Source of the DNA: Vicugna vicugna
Lineage: Eukaryota
Reading direction: 5' to 3'
Length of the DNA: 64,000 nt
Assembly: GCA_013265495.1 (NCBI GenBank)
Contig: MU058844.1
Location: 7,315,260 to 7,379,259 of the forward strand
In this document: positions 1-13,124 of the stretch, in pieces
How the letters are laid out: each line of letters begins with the position of its first letter
Position numbering within the stretch: the first letter of the stretch is position 1
Translations under genes and position numbers: made by a program
The notes under the pieces: generated by a model
What the model was told of the DNA's origin: nothing
Seen by the model: the letters and a program-made list of their open reading frames with translations, nothing else
The model's database searches: none

Positions 1-650
1 AATATTGAGAATTTGGTTATGTACAGGAGGACCATTCAAATAAGTATATTCATGGTGTATAATGGGAGCCAGGTGTCTCACTGTCTGAGAAGGGAGTCAT
101 GAATTAAAAAAAAGAGAGAGAGAAGGCTAGTAAGCCTCGTGGTTTGGGACCGATATTGATGGTATCAGTATGAACTCATGGTCTTCGATATAAATTTAAA
201 TAGGTAGAAAAATAAATATAGATGTATAATTTAGTCACAAGCTTTGTACACTAAGCTCATTCAAGATTAATGAGCACACTTCAGGACATGGCTTTACATA
301 CCAACCTCCACTAAAAAGAGAAACTAGAACTTTTTTGGAAAAAAAAGGTTGATTCCAAGGCTGAGTCAGGGAAATTTCAAAGGACCCTACAACATTTAGT
401 TTATAAAATAACAAAGTGCTTAAAGAATAATTCAGCCTTGTCAAAAGGACCTAGAAATAGCTTGAAGGTTCTTTTGCTGCCTCAAATGGAGATACTGAGA
501 ATCAAAATATATATAATCATAATAACAGATCACAAAGTGCTGAATAAAATAAGGGTGTATGTATTTGTACTGACTTTAATTAATGAATGTAGAATATTAT
601 GAGCAATTAGATATTTATGTAGCCTCAAATTACCTCATGACAGAATACTG
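1..650 (+). mobile_element. Old LINE-1 3' UTR fragment (L1MC/L1MD-like)
   Basis: 'aatgggagccaggtgtctcactgtctgagaagggag...gaaggctag...ggtatcagtatgaactcatg' resembles recalled L1MC3/4-type 3' ends. Boundaries approximate. Confidence 0.6.
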
Positions 651-2332
651 CATTCTATGAATTGACACACAATGACAGTGTGTCGATATCTGGTGATGTT
701 AACATTGATCATTGATTGAGACGGGATCTTCCAGGCTTCTGTGCTGTAAATATATTATTTTCTTCTCTTTGTTGTTAAGAAGTATTCTACTGGGAGGTAC
801 TTCAAGGAAACTAGAATTTAGGATCAATGTATATAGGATTTAAACTGCTAATCAATATATTACATTTTCTTGTGTTTTATATTATTCTTCTGTGGATTTA
901 CAGAATGCATTATGAATAAGAATTACTCTGTATTTTTTGCACCCAAGTTTAGTCTCAGATGTTTTTGATACCAAATAGGTGATATTGAGATATAAATATT
1001 AATGAAGTAACTTATTACCAAACTCTCATCTTTTTGGAAACAGAACTTAAAGTATATGAATAGCTTTTACTTGTGAACCAAATTTTTCTTGGATTTATAT
1101 CCTCTCTATGGAGTATACAAGGCAATTTTTTCAAAAAGGAAAGGTTTATAAAATACATAATCACTATATGCCACATTGTGCTGAGCACTTTACATGTTAT
1201 CTTAGGCGTTTTTCATATTAACTTTTTCTGCATTTTGTAAATAACATATGGAGTCGACTATCACAAATACTTTATATTAGAGCTAGGATTTAAAACCACA
1301 CTGCAAGAATACAAACCCCTTTTTGTGCCACAACACAACCAGCTACCAATTATGAGTTGTCGAGCAATTATTTGCCAGAAACTAAGGCATGATGTTGAAA
1401 TTTGAATTTCAAATAGCTTTTCAATGTTGTCCCTTATTTTTCCCCTACATTCACAAGGAAATAGTCTAATCTGCTCCATCCTCCTGGGTAAATGTCTTCC
1501 GTAACATAGACTTTTAAATGACTGAGCCCCATAACATATTCAACTTATAAGTTTTACCCTACTCCTTCCACGCTTAACACTTTGTCTTTCCACTTTTTAT
1601 TTCTTCTTAAATTACCCACTCTCATGTCTTGGATTTCCTTTAAGAAACCAACTAAGTGTTTTGCATAGAGTGCCAGGCTTTCTGTAGATACTGATTTAGA
1701 TTTAAATAGTTTAATAATAATGTCAACTTATTTCCTCTTCTAAAATTTATTCCAGCATTTAGATATATTACAAAAAGTAGTGAAATTAAAAGTTCTAAAG
1801 AAAACTATGGCTGAAATGTTGCTGGAATAATTTAAGACAGATGATATAGTTAGCAACATGCATTTTCTGTAGACACAGAGCAAAATCCAAACAAGTGATT
1901 TTTTTTTTTCACTTCTGACTAAAAGTTACAGTGAGAAAATACTGTCTTGTGGTGGGAAGAAACATATTTGAGGTTTTATTTTAGTGAGTCCAAGAAATGT
2001 TTTTCATTTTTCGTTTGAGAGGCAATAGTAGGGAGAAATAAGAAGAAATCATCCTTTCCTGTTATCTTTTCTGTAGACTAGATAAATTAGAAATTAGAAA
2101 AGAAAGTTTTTGTACTATCCAACAGCTGGAGGGTTTTTGGCATTAAGGACTGGAAAAAAATTGAAGGAAAAGGAAGAACCTTTGATATAAAATAACTGGA
2201 AAGATACAAAGCTTTCTTTGAAGTCAGTTATACAAATTAAAGAGAGATGAACCAGGAATGGACAATCACTAATAATCAAATTGATAATGATAAAAAGTAA
2301 ATAAATATGATGTGATACATATTATGTTTTTG

Positions 2333-3065
2333 CATTTTCAATTGAAAATGTAAAAAAAAAAACTCAGTAGTATTCTGATATAGAGAAAATGTGGGCAAGT
2401 GCTTAATAAATCTAGATAACCTAAATATGTTTCTAGATATGATGTTATAACTTGCACCTGACTAGTCCTGTCACAGTAAACAATTTTAAGCTGGACAGTG
2501 TGTATAGTGAAATTATTTTCAGCTCAACAGGCAAAATAATGCTATAACTCTGAGAAAAAGGAAGTTTCTGAATTCAACTTTGGCACACATGCCCTACTTG
2601 CTGCCTAGAGTCAATTTCCTGACCACACTACAGAAAACTAGAGTTTGAATAGAGCACAGTAAGTAGTGCTGCTGTGAGCACTGGGGTGCATGCATAACAC
2701 ATTTTCAATTGAAAATGTAAAAAAAAAACTCAGTAGTATTCTGATATAGAGAAAATGTGGGCAAGTGCTTAATAAATCTAGATAACCTAAATATGTTTCT
2801 AGATATGATGTTATAACTTGCACCTGACTAGTCCTGTCACAGTAAACAATTTTAAGCTGGACAGTGTGTATAGTGAAATTATTTTCAGCTCAACAGGCAA
2901 AATAATGCTATAACTCTGAGAAAAAGGAAGTTTCTGAATTCAACTTTGGCACACATGCCCTACTTGCTGCCTAGAGTCAATTTCCTGACCACACTACAGA
3001 AAACTAGAGTTTGAATAGAGCACAGTAAGTAGTGCTGCTGTGAGCACTGGGGTGCATGCATAACA
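2333..3065. repeat. Direct tandem duplication, 2 copies (2333-2699, 367 bp; 2700-3065, 366 bp)
   Basis: Both copies run 'cattttcaattgaaaatgt(A)nctcagtag...ggggtgcatgcataaca'. The only difference I can see is A11 vs A10. Confidence 0.97.
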
Positions 3066-3559
3066 TCAGTTTTTTTTAATCCTCTGCTTCCTACACAGAC
3101 AAGATTAGGGCTCTCTTTGCAAAGGGTCATCACTTTGAGTAAGAGCAGTTATCTCTCAAGAGCAGTACTTGCCTCTCTCTACACCTCTCTGCTCCATGCA
3201 ATAAATTTGGGGTGATGGTATTGTGCAGGCCACCATGACAAACTGTGGGCAATTAGAACTAAATTTTAAGTTTAATTTTAATTTAAAAAAATTTGTTTAC
3301 ATTTTAATTTATCCATACCTACTCAGATTCAAGCAGGAAGTCTAAGAATTGTCAGCTATTTGTAATTTTGTAAAAGACTTCATTCTGGATTACCTTTTTG
3401 AGTAATCCACCAAACTGACTCTGACTTTGTTTTTCATCCAGGTGCAGATACAACTGAAAAAAATTAAATGTACATTTTTTCATTAAATTTTGTCGTGGAA
3501 CTTTTTATTGTTTTCTTCTACTCTCTTGCTTTTAAAAATATTAAAGTTCTAGAGTATAT

Positions 3560-5300
3560 AAAATGATTAATACCATTTAATCATGATTAAATTGGACTTA
3601 TCTGATGACTAGCAGAATAGTTTAACATTAGAAATTTGACAAATTAAATGTATCATTTTAAGAGCTTAAGGAATATGATCTTCCCAAATGATACAGGAAA
3701 ACATTATGTTAAAATGCAAAAATCCTCCTAAGTAAAATTTCTTAGCAAACTAGGAATTGAAACTTCTTTAACCTTAATATAATGGTCACCTATAAAAAAG
3801 AAAAACAATTATTCTTATTGAAGAGAATTTTGAAGTATTTCCTTTGAAATAATGAACAAGACAGTTATGCCCACTATCTATTCCACATCAGGTGAAAATT
3901 GTACTGCAGGTTCTAGACAAAACTTTCTGCATGATGACTGGCATAGATTTTCAAAAATGTTAATATCATTATAGATATGGTTCTTGGTTATAAGAAAAAT
4001 TTGACAGTGGGGAAGACCTTAATATGAACTTTGTATTAGTCAATATAATTCTATCAATATTAAATTCCATGAATGTGATAATGGTATTTTGTTTATTTAT
4101 ATTGGGAGATACATGCTGAAATATGTAAAAGTAAGGCCCCATTGTATCTGCAATTTACTTTTAAGCAATGTGCATAAATACGTGTGTGAGTGTTTCTATA
4201 GGTGTGAATTCACACAGAGAAAGAAAGCAAATGTTATTAAAGAGCAATTGGTGAGTCTAGATGAAAGATATATATAGGTGTTCACTGTACTATTCTTTCC
4301 AATTTTCAGTATATTTGATATTTTAAAAATAAAGTCTTTTAAAATATAGTGAAGAATAAAATGGATTCAGTAAATTATACCAGTAAATAAAATATCTACA
4401 TTAAAAAAGAGAGAAATGTGATCCATATTAAAGAATTATTTCCACATAAATTAAAATCTTATTTGGGAAAGAAAACTGTTAAAGATTTACAATGTAAGAG
4501 TATATCTTTAAGTGTAAAAGACCATAAAGAAAATGAATGGCAAATATGAATGCCTTACATTTAGCAAAACAAAATGGAAGTAAAAGCCACACAATTGTGG
4601 TTCTCCCAGTGTATATAACTGTCAACAAATTAGTATCCAGGATATGTAAGAATGCTTGCAGTAAATAAGAGACAAAAAAATTAGAATAGAAAATTAGACA
4701 AAAGATTTGTATAGACAATTCACAGTAAAGAAATCACAAATAGCCAATAAACATGAAAAAAATGTTTTTAGACTCACAATTATGGAAATTTTAATTAAAA
4801 CTAGAGAGAACATCAGCTCACATTGTTTAAAGTAGCCAAAAATAGATATTGAGGATACCAAGTATTTGCCAAACTTTTTGAGACATAGAAAGTTCCATAC
4901 ATGGTTGGTGAGGCTATGAATTAGCATAGTCACCATGGAAAACAAAATGGCACTTAAACAGATAAATAATAATATTCCCTCTACCCATTAAATCCACTTT
5001 AGATATATACCCCAGGGGAACTGTCACACCTGCACGAGGTAGAATGTGCAAGAATGTTCATGGCACCATTACTTGCAGTAGTTAAATCTTGTAGGCAGAC
5101 TAAATACCCATTAGCAGTATAAAGATAATTTCTATTTTGTTGTGTTTCTTCAATGGAATATAATACAGCAACTAAATTGTGTATATTAGAGCATATGTAA
5201 CAACATAGATAAATCTCAAAAACCTAATATTAAGGAGTAAAGAACATTTTAGAAGGATTTTGTAGTATACCAATAATGAAACATGTAGATAGGGTAAATG
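3560..5300 (+). mobile_element. Highly decayed LINE-1 ORF2/3' UTR fragments (L1ME-like)
   Basis: L1 RT-like DNA ('ttcttagcaaactaggaattgaaacttcttta', 'aacaagacagttatgcccactatc') and ORF2 C-terminal motifs ('caaatagccaataaacatgaaaaaatgtt', 'caatggaatataatacagca'). Confidence 0.65.
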
Positions 5301-5879
5301 TTACCTAGAGACATAGGCATGTGTAGAGATGTTTCACAAAGGAAGAAAATAATGAAGCCATAGAACACAAATAAGATGCTATCTGTAAATTCACTTTTAA
5401 TCCACTTTGAGATAAGCAAAGCACACCTTCTGCCTATTTCAAGATTTCATTGTACAGAAAGCCACAGAAGTGTACCTTAATTCTATCCAAACTAAGACCA
5501 AATTCCTTGCCTTGAGGTATCTCTACTAACTCTAATCTCAGATTTTCCCAAGAATGTCTTGCTTACGCTCATTCCTTGACCTAGTTTTAACTGATCTCTC
5601 CTTGTCTGTGTTTTACATATACACGCAAACTGACTTTTGCTGTCACCTCAACATTCTTTCCAGAATTTGATCTTCTCCTGTGTGCTAGATTATTCTAATA
5701 AACTTGGTGCTTCCAAGAACTGTTTCCTATAATTGTTTTTCCTTTCACGTGCCAGCACAGAGTTAGAAAAAAGTTAATTTATGCAAAATTGGAAAGGCAA
5801 AAATGAAATGGCAGTTGTTACTGTCTGAAGGCCATTGTTGGTTAAAAATGATAAAAGCAGATGCAAAGCTAACAGGGAG

Positions 5880-6270
5880 CTGGGTTTGTCTTCAACCTTC
5901 TCCGTTTCTCATTTAACTCTTCTTCCCAACTGCCATCATTCCTGACACAAACCCACCTCTAAACACTTTGCTCCAGTTTGATAGCGATGGTGACCATCAA
6001 GAGCTAGTAAGGTGTCAGATTCCCACATAAATTCCCTTCTCGATTTCCAGTGAAGCAGATGGATATGGATATATCTAGTTTCCAAGTTTCCCTGAAAGCC
6101 TCAGCTGTTTCTCTGGTGTCCAGGTTGATAAGTATTTCCCCCTGGTATGTAGATTCCCTTTTATTCCCCATCTCCTCACACAGTTGGGTATAAGTTAACT
6201 CCTATAATAAATTCCCTGTTTTTCAGTCCTCAGAGTAATTGTGCTTTCCTGATTAATCCTCAGTTGTTAA
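5880..6270 (+). mobile_element. Ancient ERVL-type LTR fragment (LTR16/LTR33-like)
   Basis: 3' end 'taataaattccctg...gtgctttcctgattaatcctcagttgtta' resembles ERVL LTR termini. Confidence 0.35.
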
Positions 6271-7284
6271 AATGAGCACCCCTGAACCTAAGTATATTCT
6301 CCCCTCCTCTGCACCTACGAATAAGATACTTCAGCTTTGTACTGAACCAAGATATAGGAATATCTTCATGAATCTAACATGCTTTCTAGGATGAGATCAG
6401 TTGATTAAGCTCTACCTTTCCCTGTTCTGGTGATTAAATTCTCCTTCATGTTTAGAAAATAATATAATCACACCAATCATCACAATGTGGCAGAGCAATA
6501 AGACTACTAGAGTAACCTTTTATTCTTAGAGATTCACCAAGCACTTTTTTCATCTTTCAGTAAATCTGATGAGGCTCTAACTATATTCCTGTGTTTAGAA
6601 TGGAGCTTGTTTCAAGTATGATAAAGAGGACCATACTGCATCCATGACAAACTGGTAGAATGCTGATAAGCCCTAGTAGTGTTGATTCCCTGTAGATGTT
6701 CTTCAATGTGTCTTTTCCTGGAAGAACTGGATCCAATTCTCATAAACACATAGAATCGCCTTGCTGATTATTGATGAGAATTAAACTTAGAAAGTATTCA
6801 TGATTCAATTTCAGTAAAGCTCGCCAGAACCTTTTGGAGATGCAGTAGCTATCTTGGCAACCAAAGCTGCTATAGACGTTGTCATATCTTGGACATTCTT
6901 GCTCCCAGTAGGCAATAATCAGTGTTTGAAACTTTGACCTAGAACATCCAAAAACTCATGGAAGTTGCTTTTTCTACTTGTAACTTGTATAACTGACAAG
7001 TCAGCTGTATAAAAATAATTGCTTTAACAAGAAACTGGGATTTTTGAGTGATGAGAACAAGGAAACCTATCAGTTTACTGATAAAGAAAAATATAGCTCT
7101 GTCAACTCACAATCCTGTGTACTTTTACCCATCTTATAGCTGTATCTTTCCTTTTATGTGTCAATCAACCTACATTTTTTTTAACAATATTTTTCCATTC
7201 ACAATCATCATCAGATTCATCATATATATATTAGAATAACTTGAATCTCTGGAAAAATGTTATCTATAAAAAAATTTGAGAGAC

Positions 7285-7470
7285 TGGTTGTGTAGGATCT
7301 TAGTTTCTGCATTTAAACAAATCTAGAATTCAATGCTGGTTTCTCCGCATTATTCATGAGACCTTATTCACACTGCTTAAGAGATTGGATCCTCAGTTTC
7401 ATAAACTGCAAAATGGGAATAAGAGGACTATTCATTCACCTTCTAGGCTTGTTGCGAAGATTATAATATA
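7285..7470 (+). mobile_element. MIR SINE
   Basis: MIR core 'cctcagtttcataaactgcaaaatgggaataag...ggcttgttgcgaagatta'. Confidence 0.7.
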
Positions 7471-7509
7471 CTATGCACATTTTAGCATATTTTTGCATAT
7501 GTATAGTTT

Positions 7510-8840
7510 TTATTATTTATTTTATACTGGTTTAATTTACATAAATGGAAATACTCAGATTTTAAATGTACCCTTCAATCAATTTTGAAACTGATAAACA
7601 CAAAACATTTCTCTCACCTCAGTGAGTTTCCCTATGTCCCTTCCCAGTCAATTTCCCATCCCAGAAGGCACTACTGATCTGATATCTAACAACTATCTAG
7701 TATATCTAGTATAGTGTGGTACATATGTGTTAAACAAAAGACCCAATAACCAGTGCCCTTTTATAATCCTATTCCTGATCAATGCAGGAGAAACCTATGA
7801 CCTATAAAACTTTTCAAATAAATGGAATCATAGAGTGTATTATTTTCAGTATTTGGCTTCTGTCACTCTGCCCAATATTTCTGAGATCCAGCCATATTGT
7901 TATATATATCAATATTTTATTACTTTTAATTGCTGTGTTATATTCCACTATTTAAATATATAACACTTCATATATTCCTGTCTATGGAAATCTGGATTAT
8001 TTCTGACTTTTGGATATTATAAGGCTATTATGAAAATTCATATAGAAGCTGTTTTCTAAATGTATATTCTCATTACTACTGGGTAAACATATAGAACTGG
8101 AATTCCTGGATTGTTTAATTTTTTTGAAGAAATTGCCAAATTGTTTTCCAAAGTGGTTGTATCATTTTATAGTATAGACAAAAAGTATCAAAGTTACATC
8201 TTTTCCAACATTTAGTGTTGTCAGTTTTCAGTTTTTTTCATTTTAACTTCTGTAGCAGTATCTTAGTATAGTTTTAATGTATATGTTCATAATAATGTTC
8301 ACTACTTTTTTATGCTCCTTGACCACTTGTGTATATTATTTTAGTAAATGTTAGTTTAATTCTTCAATTTTTGAAAATTGGCATATTCATTTTTTTATTA
8401 TTGAATTGCAGGTATTGTTTACATATTTTTAGTAAGAGTCCTTTTTCAGATATTAGGGTTTCAAATAGTCTCTCCCACTATGTAAGTTTATTTATATTAT
8501 CAGTGATACTTCCTTACTTTGTGATGAACCCTAAAATTTTAATCTTGATAAAGCCTAACTTTCCAAACAAAAATGTACATTTTATGCTTTCTCTGGTCCC
8601 TAAAGAATCCTTTGCCTAACCCAGGATCTCGAGGATTTTCTCCAGTGTTGTATTCTACAAACTGTATTGTTTTAACTCTTACATTGAGCTTCATAATTCA
8701 TTGCACATTGATATTTCTCACATATGGTATAAGAGGGGAGGGTGAGTTTCTTTATTTCTATAGGGAATTCCTACTGTTCCAACACCATTTTTTTAAGAGA
8801 TTTCTCCTCTTCTCATCAAATTGCTTTGACTCTCTTTGAC
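7510..8840 (-). mobile_element. Old LINE-1 3' end/ORF2 end, minus strand
   Basis: Typical reverse-L1 text: 'aatggaatcatagagtgtattattttcagtatttggcttctgtcact', 'gaaattgccaaattgttttccaaagtggttgtatcatttta'. Confidence 0.75.
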
Positions 8841-10079
8841 TTTGTTGTTATTGTTAGGTCTGATGCTGTTGCTTTATTTACCATTGAGATTTGATTTCCT
8901 GTTTTTGAACTCAGTCTCCAAATTCTGGAAGTAAGAATAAGGGACCAACTGAATAAAATATAATTTAACACTTTACTAAACTATTAGTAATCCCTTGGGA
9001 TTTAGGAAGCTTTCATTGCTCCTATAACCAAAATTTATCTTCTGCACTTTCTATGGGGAGAGAAAGGCTCAAGCAGCGGTTGTTTTAGATGTCAGTTTCA
9101 GTTAACAGGATTGAAATAGAAGAGGGAGAAGCTTTTATTCCAAGGAGAGTTTGTCACAGTTGTTCACTTCAGTTTTTCCTTTATTCTTTAATTTCTTAAT
9201 TCATAGGTCATGCAGTATATTTATTTAACCCCACTATGTGCAGGTAACTGTGTTATCTTGGGTTATTAAAGTTATGGAAGAGCAATCCCTACCCACAAGT
9301 AGTGGTTATATTAACTAAGCTCCTTGATTTTTCCCTTAAAATTTTACTAGTATGTAACTTTTTTAATATGATTTCTTGAATTTAAGAATGCACTATAACA
9401 CTTGAGGCAAATCTTGGTCAATGTGTAGACAGAGCTAATTCAGAGAGGAAAAGGGATAAATTGAAAGAGTTCCCTGAAAGGAGAACAATATCTCAGAAAG
9501 CAAAGATGCAACATCTTCCAGTAAGCAGTGATAATCAGAATAGAATGCACAGACCAATCAAACAGAAAGAGAACAAGAGCAAAAAAATAAATTAAATAAA
9601 ACACTAGGGATACAATAGGATAGTGGTGGGAAAACTCAACTATAATTTTATAAGGATTATGACAAATGATATGTAGAACAGGGTCTGAAAGCATAACAAG
9701 TACTGTTTACAAAATTTTGTTTCCAGATGTGTTCCAGTGCCAGTTTGCAAGTTAGCCAGTCATTTGATATTTGGAAGATATTAGTCTTTCTCCAGAAGCA
9801 GAACATAAACACATGAGCCTAAAATGTTGCAAAGGCAACATCCCTTATGAAAAGCCTAACTTTGTTCTTGAATAGCTGGGGAAATCTTTTGCTTGGAGAG
9901 CAGTGGTATCCTTCTGATTCCCTAAAAAGTATCATTAAAGCTGAGAATTAATGACACTTTCCTTGACCTCCTAGTCCTCCCAACAGTTTGTAAGCAAATA
10001 ATGAATTTTATTAAATCAATTCCTACTTAAAATACCTAAGGTATGTATTATTTTCTGGACCAAAATATGTCTACAACTG

Positions 10080-10660
10080 GAAGTAAAAGTTTTTTTTTTA
10101 ATTGGAGAATTCAAATGTAGTAAATCCAAATGAAAATAAATGAATAGGTGTATCAGCATAAAATTTTAATGCCCTTTAATGTAAGGCAGCATAATCCAAA
10201 GAGCCTGCAAGTTAACATACATAGTATCAAGCAGACATTGAAACAATTACTAGATATGCATAGAAGCAGGAAAATATGATAATCTGGAAAAATTAGTAAA
10301 CATAAACAGACATCAAGATGACTCATGTATAAATAGCCAATAAAAATGTTCAGATATTCAAAGTATGTATAAAACTTAAATGACAAGATGTATATAATAA
10401 GAAAACATTTGGAATGGAGGAATACCAGCAGAGAAAAGAAAACTTAACCAAACACAAAATAATTGACAAAAATTCTGGAACTGTTAAGTACAATTGTGAA
10501 TAGAAAAAAAAAAAGGTTCTGATGGATTTAACAGAAAAATAGAAACAAGAAAACAAAGACTTCATGAATTTAAAGGTATAGACTATTTAAACTCATTAAC
10601 TTTGAAGAACAACTAGAAGTAAAAAGATCAAAGAATATTATACATACCTTGGTGACTTTT
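10080..10660 (+). mobile_element. Old LINE-1 5'/ORF1 remnant
   Basis: A-rich ORF1-like coiled-coil DNA ('aaaattctggaactgttaagtacaattgtgaa...ctgatggatttaacagaaaaatagaa'). Confidence 0.5.
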
Positions 10661-10669
10661 AGGATAAAA

Positions 10670-10815
10670 ATTTGGAAGAGAGCCCTTACCAGGAACCAAA
10701 TTTGCCAGAACCTTGATCACGGACTTAAAGCCCATGAGAAAATAAAAAATAAATACCTCTTGTTTAAGCCACCCAATCTGTGGTATATTTTATTATGGCA
10801 GCAGGGATAGACTTT
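10670..10815 (+). mobile_element. MaLR LTR 3' fragment (MLT1A/MST-like)
   Basis: 'gccagaaccttgatcacggactt...ttgtttaagccacccaatctgtggtatattttattatggcagcag' is a canonical MaLR LTR 3' end. Confidence 0.75.
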
Positions 10816-10929
10816 TACTCCTCATGAAATACACATTTAAAAACTATTTCATAAAACTAAAAAAACTGCATGCTAATGATTAACTATGTGAATGGAAATA
10901 TGTGCAAAACTATATTTTTCTATATTATC

Positions 10930-11750
10930 ATTTTTAGTAAAAAATATATCATAAAATCTACCCACTTATCAAAATTTTATCTGTGCTGTAAGTTATTATT
11001 AACTGTATGCACATTTTTGTATAGTAGATTACTAGAACTTTTCCGTCTTGCTTAATGGAAACTTTATACCCATTGAACAGCAACTCCCCATTCCCTTACC
11101 CCCTCCCCAGATCTCTGGTAACAAGCATTCTACTTTCTGCTTCTATGAGTTTGACTATTTTACATACTTCCTATTAAGTGGAATCATGAAGTATTCATTC
11201 TCATGTATTTGGCTTATTTCACTTAGCATAATGTCCTCAAGCTTTATCCCTGTTGTAGTATATGACAGGATTTCCTTCTCTTTTTAAGGCTGAATGATAT
11301 TCCACTGTATGTTTGTATCACATTCTCTTTATCCATTCATCCATTGATGGATATCTGGGTTGACATACAAATGGCCAACAAGTATATGCACATATGCTCA
11401 ACATCACTAATCATCAGGTAAATTCAAATCAAAACTATAATGAGATATCACCTCATACCTCTTGGGTTAGCCATTATCAAAAAAAAAACAAAACAAAACA
11501 GAAAATAGTGAATAGTGATAAGGATGTGAAGAAATTGTAACCCCTCTGTACTCTGGTAGAAATGTAAAATGGACAGTTGCTATTGAAACAGAATGGAAAT
11601 TTCTCAAAAAAATTAAAAATGACACTAGCATATAATCCAAAAATCCCACTTCTGGGTATTTATCCAGAAGAATTGAAAACAGGATTTCAAAGAGATATCT
11701 GCCCTCTCATATTCACTGCAGCATTATTCATTACAGCCTAAAGGTTAAAA
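10930..11750 (-). mobile_element. LINE-1 (L1MA/L1MB-like) 3' end with 5' inversion
   Basis: 10930-11361 is a minus-strand L1 3' end. 11362-~11748 is plus-strand ORF2 C-terminus ('gacatacaaatggccaacaagtatatg...gcagcattattca'), which lies immediately upstream in the L1 consensus. Confidence 0.8.
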
Positions 11751-13124
11751 AAAAATTCTACATAACTAAATTTTTGAAACCATTGTGTGCAAATCCTCTG
11801 TAGACATTATTTTATGTGTAGTTTTTGTCTCCTTCCAAAGTAGGTATGTGCATCAGAAATGACTTCATTTTGTGTTAAATTTTTCTTAATGTAAACATTT
11901 AAAGTTTGAAACACAAAATAAATAATCAAAAGATGACTTTTAAATACATGAAAACAGAGGTTAAAATAGAAGCAAAATTTTTGGCTATCCTTATGTACCA
12001 CATGCTATAAATTCTAAGTTTATTTCTGTTTTTCCTCAAAATATACATAGTGCCATATGTCTTATAACCACCACCCTACATAATTCAGTGATTCAATTAT
12101 CGTTTATCTAAAGAACAGAGCTTTAGATTTAATGAGTGATAAATGTATGTGTATATATATATATATATATGAACTGATATTAACAACAAACCAATGTACT
12201 GATATCTAACTTTGTCTATGCATACATAGACCAGAGAAATGATTGATTGCATTTGTGGACTGCACTAATATTTTCCATTATTTTACACCTTAGTTTTGCT
12301 GCACGTAAGTTCTGTCAGTCTTACTGTCATGGAAACATTGCTTCCCCATTGTAATCACTGCTGGTGTAAAACACAGCTGCCTAACAAATGTACACTGGAA
12401 TGGGCTGCTTTGAGCATCTGTTAAATCTCAACAGAGTGTACAACCACTCTTTTTAGAGAGCATCAATCATGGAAGAGTGAGACAGAATTAAAGAGTTTAG
12501 CCCTGCTTGGCTCCCTTTGTATCTAATTTAGGCATGTATGACCCATTGCATTCATTGTTGTGCTTACAACAGCTGTTTCTTATTATTAAGAAAAGCAGCT
12601 TTGCGTGCAGAACATAAAACAATAAATGCTAGCCATGTGGATAGAGTACATTGGCTTCTCAAGGTTATAAATGTACACTTAATAAAAAAGTAAGGTGATG
12701 GTAGCCATATTTCACAGAGAACAAATGGAACTACATCAGGCAATAAAGTCTAACACCTGATTAAAAAAAAGAAAACAAAACAAAACAAAAAACCACCCCA
12801 GAAAACAAAAACAAAAACCCCCAAACCCAAAATGAATCCAACAGTTCCTATCACTGAAAAAAATTTTGTAATGAATAAAATTACAATGAGCACAAAGCAA
12901 ATCCTGGTGGATCACCATGACCCTCTAGACGTGCATTATGGATTCAAGTTGAAAGTGTCTCCTACACATTTAATTATTGTTGCTCCCATAATACCTACCA
13001 CATACCAATGCTTACTATATGGATAACAAAACAAAAGTTTTTATGTTAAAGATAATTGCTTTAAAGAATAAGACAATTATCTATACTAAATGATGAGTTG
13101 TTAATAGTAACAATGAACATTGAT

